DNA of 64,000 nucleotides from Minisyncoccota bacterium (lineage in GTDB: Bacteria; Patescibacteriota; Minisyncoccia; Phycocordibacterales; SBAW01). The translations under genes were made by a program, and so were the position numbers. Numbering within the stretch: position 1 is the stretch's first letter; every line of letters begins with the position of its first letter. The stretch lies in assembly GCA_035546575.1 (NCBI GenBank), contig DASZWN010000003.1:1530-65529 (forward strand). Reading direction: 5' to 3'. The notes under the pieces are model-generated. The model ran no database searches. It was not told the DNA's origin and saw only the letters and a program-made list of their open reading frames with translations. This document shows positions 56,413-64,000 of this stretch, one piece after another.

Positions 56413-59400
56413 ATGACTCCCGTTAAAAAAATTATTTCGAATACTGGCGAGCCTATGCTTTCTGCGCGCAATGCAGCTAAGCGACTTTCGTGCGCGCCCG
56501 ACTATATCGGAAAACTTTTGCGAGAGGGCAAGCTCCGAGGCTCTCAGGTGTCGGGCGCCTGGTACGTGGAGGAAAGCTCGATCCACGAGTTTGAGCTATA
56601 TCGCGCAAGCGCAAAGGCTGAACGTTCTGATGAGTTGGCACGCTTGCGCCGGGAGGAGAATCGTGCCTATCGCAAAGCACAAGGTTTGCCTAGCGTACAA
56701 AACAATATCTCGGCACAGAACCCTTCTGCTCAGCCATCTTATTTCCAATACTACTTTGCGATGCTGGCGGGCAGGAATGTTGGAATCGCGCTTGGCGGAA
56801 TCATGCTTTTTGCAGCAGTTGCTTTTGCCGGCGCTGCTGTACACCAGTCAGGATCTTTTGATACGTCAGCATCCGCACAGACTGCTGCAGCGCTTGAGCA
56901 GATAGACTCGCCGTTTTTCGGTGCTCGAACCATGAGTGTTGGAACCGGTGGCAACTCAAATGTGCTTTCAAGTTTGTTTGCGTACTTTTTTGGCGGCAAG
57001 AGTGCGGCGCCAGTTGCCGCAGCGCCGCAGCCAACTCAGTCCACTGGTCCTACTAAAAGCTCAACGTCGCTTTTTGCATCAAACACTCCGGCAGTAACTC
57101 CGGTACAAGTAACTGCGCCGGTGCAGAATGTTACGCAACCAGTTATCGAACGCACCATTGAGCACACGCTCTCGGGAGTCTCGGAAGAGGAGCTCAACAC
57201 CAAACTCAATGCGCTCCAGAATTCGATCACGAGCCAGATGTACTTGGCACTCAACTCTGCACCAGCGCCGTACTCCTCCGGCGGGCCAACAAACAATCTC
57301 GCGCTCACGCAGCGCATTGACACACTCGGCAATGTCACTATCACCGGCGCTACGATCAGCGGCTCAACAATCACCGGTTACTTGCCGCTCGGCGGCGGCA
57401 CGCTCACGGGCGCGCTCAACAACGCTACAAGTGCAACCTCAACATTTGCAGGTTCGATCGAACTCACAAGCGGCTGCTTCTCGATCAACGGCACTTGCAT
57501 CGGCATTGGCGCTGGCTTCGGCTCGGTCACTTCGGTAGATGCTTCGGGCGGCACTACAGGCCTCGTGTTTACTGGCGGTGCGATAACAACATCAGGCGTT
57601 TTGACTCTTGGCGGCGTGCTTGCAACCACAAGCGGCGGTACCGGCCTTGCAAACGGCCCTTCATACGGACAAGTGCTTGTAGGCAACGCAAACGGCGGCT
57701 ATGACCTTGTGGCAACATCGAGCCTTGGTATTGCAGGCGGTACTGGCGGTACGGGCTTTTCGACGACCTCTGCGGATTATTGGAAGACCCAGAACAACTT
57801 CTTTTCGACCTCCTCGGCGTCGTACTTTGCCTCAGCGGGTCTCGCATTTTCTACCACATCGGCGGCCTACTTCCTCTCACAACAGAATGTCAGCGGTTTC
57901 TCAACCACCTCAGCAGATTACTGGAAGACGCAAAATAATTTCTTCTCGACAACCTCAAGCAACTATGCGGTTGGTGCATACATTTCTGCATCATCAACAA
58001 TCCCGCACATTGCAGGCACTGCATTTGGCGACCTGGTGTTGTGGGACGGCACAAAGTGGATAAGCGCAGCGACATCAACACTCGGTCTCGGTGGCAGCGG
58101 CGGCGGATCGGTCACCTCGGTCAATGCATCCGGCGGCACCACGGGCCTCGTGTTTACCGGCGGACCTATAACCAACTCCGGCACGCTGACGCTCTCGGGC
58201 ACGCTTGGCATCGCAAACGGCGGTACCGGTATCACCACTACGCCGACCTTCGGTCAGATTCTTATCGGCAACAACTCGGGTACCTACAACCTGGCAGCGA
58301 CATCAACACTCGGTCTCCCAACATTTGCTGATATTGCATCGGCAACTTCAGGATTTAATAAGACATGGGAGATCGTGAACGGGTACCTCGCGCCAACTAC
58401 GACGCTCGGCATTTTGGTACATGCATCGTCAACCATCGGCGGCGGTACGCAGGGTAGCGGTCTTACCATAAGCGGCGGCGCTACTACGACCGGCACGCTC
58501 GCTGTGCTCGGTACAGGAACCTCGACGTTTGCGGGCGACATCAGTATCACCGGCAACATTGTTCCGACAGTGGCCGATACGTATACCCTCGGCACCGCGG
58601 CCTTCCCGTGGCACAGCCTCTTTGTTGGCCCTGGCTCGCTCTACGTTAACGGGCAAAAAGTGGTTTCGACCGATGGCTCCAACAACGTCGTTGTTTCTTC
58701 AGATCCTAACCAGAACCTCATTCTCAAAACCACCGGCACCGCCAACCTTGAGCTCAACCCTTCGGGCACCGGCCAAATACTTTTGAAGAACACGGTCAAT
58801 GTGACGGCGGGTAAGAGCATTACCACGACAGACCTTTCGGCGCTTTCTATCCCAAGCGGTGTTGCGGCAGGTAACATCAATGTTACCGGCAACGCCATTA
58901 CGGCAACCAACCTCAATGGCGGCATCTCGATCACCCCGAACGGCTCCGGCGGTACGTACATTACCGCAGGCAACTTTGGTGTCGGTACAACCTCGCCTAC
59001 AAATAAATTTGAGGTTAACGGCAACGAGTACATCGGCGGCAACTCCAAAGTCACCGGCTCGCTTACAATCAACACGCTCAACGGGTTGCTCAGCGCAAGC
59101 AACGGCTTGGTTTCAACTATCTCGACCTCAAGCCTCGGACTCCTCGCTTCAACCTCTATCAGCGCGACCGGCCCGCTTTCGTACAATCCTTCAACAGGCA
59201 TAATCTCGATAACACAGGCAGGCACAAGCCAAGACGGCTATCTCTCGCAAGGCGACTTCAACACCTTTAACAACAAAGTCTCATCGAGCTCTCTTGCGAC
59301 CACCATTGCTGCAGCATACCCGTTCCCGGCGGCAGGGAATGCAACAACAACGCTCACGCAGTTTAATGGCGGCGCATCCTCGACGCAGATATCTGCAGGA

Positions 59401-62400
59401 ATCGCATACTTTGGTAAAACAGCAACGACTTCTATCTCTGCAAACGGTGCGCTTACCATAGGTAATATCACCGGCTCGATCCAGTGTCTCCATGTCGATT
59501 CAACCGGCAAAGTGTCGGGCACTGGTAGCGACTGCGGTGCAGGTGGTGGCGGTGGCTCAAGCACATTTCTTGGTCTCAGCGATGTGCCGGGTACCTACAT
59601 TGCCAACCAAATCTACTACACCAATGCCACTGCCGATGGAGTGACCGCATCAAACAACTTTACGTTTGACGGTTCTACCCTCAACGTGCCGGGTGTTACT
59701 ACCAACACACTTAGCGTCTCCGGCTCGTCAACCTTCGGTACCGTTACTGCTGGTATATGGCATGGTACGGCGGTTGCAGCAAACTACGGAGGCACCGGCC
59801 TTACGTCTTACACACCGGGCGATATTATCTACGCAAACTCTGCAACAACGTTTGCACGCGTAGCGTCATCAACAGGCGGCACTATACTCCAGACGTCTCG
59901 CACAACAGGTGCGCCAACATGGGTAGCTACATCAAGCCTCGGCTTGCTCGGCTCATCGTCGCTCTCGGCGCTTGCACCACTCAGCTACAACCCATCAACC
60001 GGCGTCTTCTCGGTCTCACAGGCAAATGGATCGACCGATGGCTACCTCTCCTCGACTGACTGGGACAGCTTCAACTCGCGCATCTCTACCTCAAGCCTGG
60101 CGCTGTTTGATAAAGGATACTTCTTCTCCACAACCTCGGCGTCATACTTCCTTTCGCAACAAAACCTTCAGGCCTTTTCGACCACTTCTGCAGATTACTG
60201 GAAGACGCAGAACAATTTCTTCTCCACCACCTCGGCGTCATACTTCTCGTCTCTTGGTCTTGCGTTCTCGACCACCTCCGCAGTCAACTTTGTAAACTCC
60301 TCGACCACGATCCCGAAGACCTACTCTGCAAACACCTTTACGAATACCAACACGTTTACAGGCGGCGTTACGGTCGGCTCTCTCAACGGCCCGCTCCAGG
60401 CAAATAACGGTGTGGTAAGTGCAACCTCATCAATCGGCGTCCTCTACGGCGGCACTGGCCTTATCAGCGCTCCAAGCTATGGCAACATCTTGGTAGGGAA
60501 CTCGAGCGGCGGCTATACGCTCTCGGCAACCAGCTCGCTTGGCCTCCTCGGTTCAACCTCAGTCTCGGCAGTTGCACCGCTTGCGTACAACTCGTCGACC
60601 GGCGTCTTTTCGATCTCACAAGCAGGGACGGGCGCAAATGGATATGTATCTTCAACCGACTTCAATACCTTTAACAACAAGATCTCATCAACCTCGCTCT
60701 CGGCGACCGGTCCGCTCTCGTACAACTCGTCCACGGGAGTATTTGCGATAGCGCAGGCCGGTGTCTCTACCGACGGCTATCTCTCAACTACTGACTGGAA
60801 TTCGTTCAACAGCCGTCTTTCAACCACCACGCTCGGCCTCTTCGACAAGGGGTACTTCTTCTCCACCACCTCGGCTAACTATTATCTCTCGCAGCAGTCT
60901 ATCGTCGGCTTCTCAACCACGTCAGCTAACTACTGGTCGTCGCTTGGTCTCGGATTCTCAACAACCTCATCAAATTATTGGTCGTCGCTCGGCCTTGGCT
61001 TCTCGACCACTTCCGCAGTCAACTTTGTAAACTCCTCGACCACGATCCCGAAGACCTACTCTGCAAACACCTTTACGAATACCAACACGTTTAACGGCTC
61101 ATCTGTTTTTAACGGCTCGCTGACCTTCGGCTCGCTCACCGGCCCACTGCAAGCAGTGGGGGGCGTTGTTTCTGCAACATCGACGCTCTCGACTTTCTAC
61201 GGTGGCACTGGCACATCGACCGCGCCAGGATACGGCCAAGTATTGCTCGGCCGTCTTGATGGCGGATACGACCTTGTTGCAACCTCGTCGCTCGGTATCT
61301 CGAGCCTCGGCTCATTGTTTGCAACCTCGCCGCTCTTGTATAACTCCGGCACCGGCACATTCTCTATCCAAGATGCCGTTGCGAACGGTACTACTAAGGG
61401 AGCAGCGTCGTTTGCCGCAAGCGACTTTGACTCGGCTTCCGGGAATATCTCGATTGATTACACAAATGGTCAAAAAGCGGGCTTGGGCCAGCCGGGCTTC
61501 CTCTCCTCGACAGACTTTACGACACTCAACAACAAGATCTCTTCATCGTCGCTCTCGGGCGCATCGGTTATCAGCTACACCGGTGCAACAGGCGTTATTA
61601 CCACGCAGGCAGGAACATTCGGCGGCAACTCTTCGAGCGTATATACATTCCCAGGCGACGTCATCACCACCGGCACCGCAACGACAAGCAACCTCTACAT
61701 TATCGGGAAGATAAGCGGCGCAAACCTGACGGCCTGCTCCGGCACCTCTGACAAGCTGCTCTGGAACTCCGCAACGCAGCAATTCCAGTGCGGTACCGAC
61801 GCAGGCGCATCGGGCTCCGACGTAAACTGGACGCACTTTAACGGCTCGGGTATCCGCGTTACAACCGCAACCGACCAGGTGCTGATCGGCTTTACTTCAA
61901 CCTCAACCCTCAGCAAACTCGAAGTTGTCGGCGGTGCAACAATCGACACAGCAACAACCACTAACTTCTATAACACTGGCCTTGCAAACTTTGCTGGCAA
62001 TGTAGGCTTTGGCTCAACCTCGCCATCGCAAAAACTCAGCGTCGGTGGCGGAAATATTTTACAGACTGCCGCTAACCCGGTACTCGCGTCGTCAACGTTG
62101 GTCGGCGGGCAAACCTATGCCTCATATATCGTAGGCAATTATGCGTATGTTGCAGACCACAACGGCGGTCTCAAGATACTCGACGTTACTAACCCGGCAT
62201 CATCGACCATTGTCGGTACCTACAGCGGTATCAACGGCGCGCACAGCATTGTTGTTGCCGGCAAATACGCATACGTCGGCGACTCTTCGGCCGGACTCGT
62301 GGTGCTCGATGTCTCAAACCCGGCATCAGTCACCCAAGTCGGCGCCCTCAGCGCAGGCGCGGTCGGCCACCCGCTCTCCCTTGCGCTCTCAGGCCGCTAC

Positions 62401-64000
62401 CTTGTAGTGCCGGACTCCAACACTGCGATGGTCAATATTGTCGATGTCGGCAACCCGGCTGCTCCTACTATTGTAAGCAGCTACACGACTGGCGGTGCTG
62501 CAACAGCGGTCGCGGTGCAGGGCAAATATGCGTATATCGGCGACCAAGGAGACGGCAGCATCTATGTTGAGGACATCTCAAACCCGTATAAACCGGTAAG
62601 CGTATCGAGCCTCGGCGGTTTTGTTGGGCCACAGACTATATATATATCGGGCCGCTACGCATATGTTGCTGACATCGCAGGCGGTCTCTATATAGTAAAC
62701 ATCAGCAACCCGGCTTCGCTTTCGATCGCGGGCCAGAAGAGCGGCACCGGATACTACGGTGTCTCGGTAGCGGGCGACTACGCATATGTGGTCTCGGGTT
62801 CGGGCGGCGCGATGCAGGTCCTCGATGTCCGCGACCCGGGCAACATCACGCTTGCTGGCACTATTTCGACCGGCGGCACCGCACGCCAGGTGTTTGTTGC
62901 CGGCAAATACGCATATGTTGCGACGACAAATACAAGCTTTAAAGCTATCGATATTAACGGTGCAAAACTCCCTGCGGCGAATATCGGCTCACTCCAGAGC
63001 AATACTGCAAATATTGCCGACAATCTTAATGTCGGCGGCGAGGGTTACTTTGGCGGCGGCCTCAGTGTCGGCGCATCGGGGATACTCTCTCGCGGCGGGC
63101 TTGCTGTATTGGGCACCACGACCCTCACCGACTTTATCGGTCGCAACTCGACTACGACCAACGCGACGACAACGAGCCTCTTTGCCACTACAGCATCGTC
63201 AACCAATCTCGCAGCCCTTAACGCGCGCTTTAATAACGCAACCACCACCTCACTATATATAGGTACGCTCACCGGCCTTTTGTATGGCACTAACGGCCAG
63301 GTTGGCTCTATTGCAACCAATACCCTCGGCCTCCTCGGCTCAACCTCAATCTCTGCAACTGGGCCGCTGAGCTACAACGTCGCAACAGGCGTCTTTTCGA
63401 TAGCACAGTCAGGGACCGCACAAGACGGCTATCTCTCGCAGGGTGATTGGAATAACTTCAACAGCCGCCTCTCCACCACCACGCTCGGCCTCTTTGACAA
63501 AGGATATTTCTTCTCTACCACCTCGGCTAACTATTGGTCATCAATCGGTCTCGGCTTCTCTACTACCTCGCAGAATAACTACAGCAACCTCTTCCGCGAT
63601 TGGAGCATTGTAAACGGCGCACTCACACCGACCTCAACTAATCTCGGCATCGGCGTGTATGCAAGTTCAACCATCGGCAATGGTACTGCCAACGGTGGTC
63701 TTACTATCAATGGCGGCGCAACGACGACGGGGAATTCGCTTACTCAGGGCAACCAGGTCATCTCCGGCACTCTCACGGCAGGCAATACCACACTCGCAAA
63801 TGCAACTTCGACTAACCTTGCTCTAACAAACATCACTTCGGCACTTCTCTCGACCAACGGCAACGGCTCAATAATCCCGACCACCGTTTCTTCACCACTT
63901 TTGTTCTCTGGCAACACGCTGTCGATCCAGGCTGCCAACGGATCGCAGAACGGGTACCTTGCTTCAACTGATTGGACTACGTTCAACAACAAAATTTCTT
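56413..64000 (+). CDS. giant repetitive surface protein (>2,500 aa, runs off the window): N-terminal HTH, TM, S/T/G-rich fibre-like repeats, LVIVD repeats
   Basis: Frame 1 appears open from ATG 56413 (MTPVKKIISN...DYIGKLLREGKLRG.QVSGAWYVEE) to the window end; missing from the ORF track because it has no stop; LVIVD-like units (YAYVAD..GLKILDV.NP) at about 62100-62960. Confidence 0.9.
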   Translation, partial: MTPVKKIISNTGEPMLSARNAAKRLSCAPDYIGKLLREGKLRGSQVSGAWYVEESSIHEFELYRASAKAERSDELARLRREENRAYRKAQGLPSVQNNISAQNPSAQPSYFQYYFAMLAGRNVGIALGGIMLFAAVAFAGAAVHQSGSFDTSASAQTAAALEQIDSPFFGARTMSVGTGGNSNVLSSLFAYFFGGKSAAPVAAAPQPTQSTGPTKSSTSLFASNTPAVTPVQVTAPVQNVTQPVIERTIEHTLSGVSEEELNTKLNALQNSITSQMYLALNSAPAPYSSGGPTNNLALTQRIDTLGNVTITGATISGSTITGYLPLGGGTLTGALNNATSATSTFAGSIELTSGCFSINGTCIGIGAGFGSVTSVDASGGTTGLVFTGGAITTSGVLTLGGVLATTSGGTGLANGPSYGQVLVGNANGGYDLVATSSLGIAGGTGGTGFSTTSADYWKTQNNFFSTSSASYFASAGLAFSTTSAAYFLSQQNVSGFSTTSADYWKTQNNFFSTTSSNYAVGAYISASSTIPHIAGTAFGDLVLWDGTKWISAATSTLGLGGSGGGSVTSVNASGGTTGLVFTGGPITNSGTLTLSGTLGIANGGTGITTTPTFGQILIGNNSGTYNLAATSTLGLPTFADIASATSGFNKTWEIVNGYLAPTTTLGILVHASSTIGGGTQGSGLTISGGATTTGTLAVLGTGTSTFAGDISITGNIVPTVADTYTLGTAAFPWHSLFVGPGSLYVNGQKVVSTDGSNNVVVSSDPNQNLILKTTGTANLELNPSGTGQILLKNTVNVTAGKSITTTDLSALSIPSGVAAGNINVTGNAITATNLNGGISITPNGSGGTYITAGNFGVGTTSPTNKFEVNGNEYIGGNSKVTGSLTINTLNGLLSASNGLVSTISTSSLGLLASTSISATGPLSYNPSTGIISITQAGTSQDGYLSQGDFNTFNNKVSSSSLATTIAAAYPFPAAGNATTTLTQFNGGASSTQISAGIAYFGKTATTSISANGALTIGNITGSIQCLHVDSTGKVSGTGSDCGAGGGGGSSTFLGLSDVPGTYIANQIYYTNATADGVTASNNFTFDGSTLNVPGVTTNTLSVSGSSTFGTVTAGIWHGTAVAANYGGTGLTSYTPGDIIYANSATTFARVASSTGGTILQTSRTTGAPTWVATSSLGLLGSSSLSALAPLSYNPSTGVFSVSQANGSTDGYLSSTDWDSFNSRISTSSLALFDKGYFFSTTSASYFLSQQNLQAFSTTSADYWKTQNNFFSTTSASYFSSLGLAFSTTSAVNFVNSSTTIPKTYSANTFTNTNTFTGGVTVGSLNGPLQANNGVVSATSSIGVLYGGTGLISAPSYGNILVGNSSGGYTLSATSSLGLLGSTSVSAVAPLAYNSSTGVFSISQAGTGANGYVSSTDFNTFNNKISSTSLSATGPLSYNSSTGVFAIAQAGVSTDGYLSTTDWNSFNSRLSTTTLGLFDKGYFFSTTSANYYLSQQSIVGFSTTSANYWSSLGLGFSTTSSNYWSSLGLGFSTTSAVNFVNSSTTIPKTYSANTFTNTNTFNGSSVFNGSLTFGSLTGPLQAVGGVVSATSTLSTFYGGTGTSTAPGYGQVLLGRLDGGYDLVATSSLGISSLGSLFATSPLLYNSGTGTFSIQDAVANGTTKGAASFAASDFDSASGNISIDYTNGQKAGLGQPGFLSSTDFTTLNNKISSSSLSGASVISYTGATGVITTQAGTFGGNSSSVYTFPGDVITTGTATTSNLYIIGKISGANLTACSGTSDKLLWNSATQQFQCGTDAGASGSDVNWTHFNGSGIRVTTATDQVLIGFTSTSTLSKLEVVGGATIDTATTTNFYNTGLANFAGNVGFGSTSPSQKLSVGGGNILQTAANPVLASSTLVGGQTYASYIVGNYAYVADHNGGLKILDVTNPASSTIVGTYSGINGAHSIVVAGKYAYVGDSSAGLVVLDVSNPASVTQVGALSAGAVGHPLSLALSGRYLVVPDSNTAMVNIVDVGNPAAPTIVSSYTTGGAATAVAVQGKYAYIGDQGDGSIYVEDISNPYKPVSVSSLGGFVGPQTIYISGRYAYVADIAGGLYIVNISNPASLSIAGQKSGTGYYGVSVAGDYAYVVSGSGGAMQVLDVRDPGNITLAGTISTGGTARQVFVAGKYAYVATTNTSFKAIDINGAKLPAANIGSLQSNTANIADNLNVGGEGYFGGGLSVGASGILSRGGLAVLGTTTLTDFIGRNSTTTNATTTSLFATTASSTNLAALNARFNNATTTSLYIGTLTGLLYGTNGQVGSIATNTLGLLGSTSISATGPLSYNVATGVFSIAQSGTAQDGYLSQGDWNNFNSRLSTTTLGLFDKGYFFSTTSANYWSSIGLGFSTTSQNNYSNLFRDWSIVNGALTPTSTNLGIGVYASSTIGNGTANGGLTINGGATTTGNSLTQGNQVISGTLTAGNTTLANATSTNLALTNITSALLSTNGNGSIIPTTVSSPLLFSGNTLSIQAANGSQNGYLASTDWTTFNNKIS
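60277..61093 (+). repeat. 82-bp exact direct repeat inside the giant gene (60277-60358 and 61012-61093)
   Basis: TCCGCAGTCAACTTTGTAAAC...AACACGTTTA identical in both copies. Confidence 0.85.

Noticed and set aside
57760-63580. Recurring TTCTC(G/C/A)ACCACCTC repeats as a CRISPR array or DGR
   Set aside because: They are in-frame protein repeats with synonymous variation; there are no unique spacers, cas genes or reverse transcriptase
1-64000. Alternative genetic code (TGA read as Gly, code 25)
   Set aside because: Conserved genes such as murC and murB end at TGA at the expected lengths and none is interrupted by an in-frame TGA

Overview
A 64 kb chromosomal segment, most likely from a Patescibacteria (CPR, Parcubacteria-like) genome using genetic code 11. 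The taxonomic call is inferred from gene content: a solo VirD4-like ATPase, LamG and lamin-tail surface proteins, a giant HTH-TM-fibre protein, and mostly Shine-Dalgarno-less genes. Contents in order: tRNA-Leu(CAG); murD-murI-murC; rsmI; a CapA-family gene; a degenerate tRNA-like RNA with a complementary partner sRNA; two membrane proteins sharing an identical N-terminal leader; a VirD4/TrwB-like ATPase; a ~31 kb surface-glycan locus (GT4s, GT-Cs, prs plus a HAD-UbiA polyprenyl-pentose module, formyl-amino-sugar and C-methyl-sugar enzymes, two gmd, a GT47, wzx, O-antigen ligase-TPR); murB, secA, ccdA, obgE, gatB; and a >2,500 aa repetitive surface protein that runs off the window. The best candidate for an undescribed system is a compact three-gene E2-like / ThiF-E1 / ubiquitin-like operon (48417-49988). 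Its Ubl ends in -NNG, its E1 appears to lack the catalytic Cys, and no JAB protease is encoded nearby. The next best candidates are two loci of paired small RNAs with crossed two-site complementarity (7234-7484 and 42799-42978). All calls come from reading motifs by eye; no searches were run.
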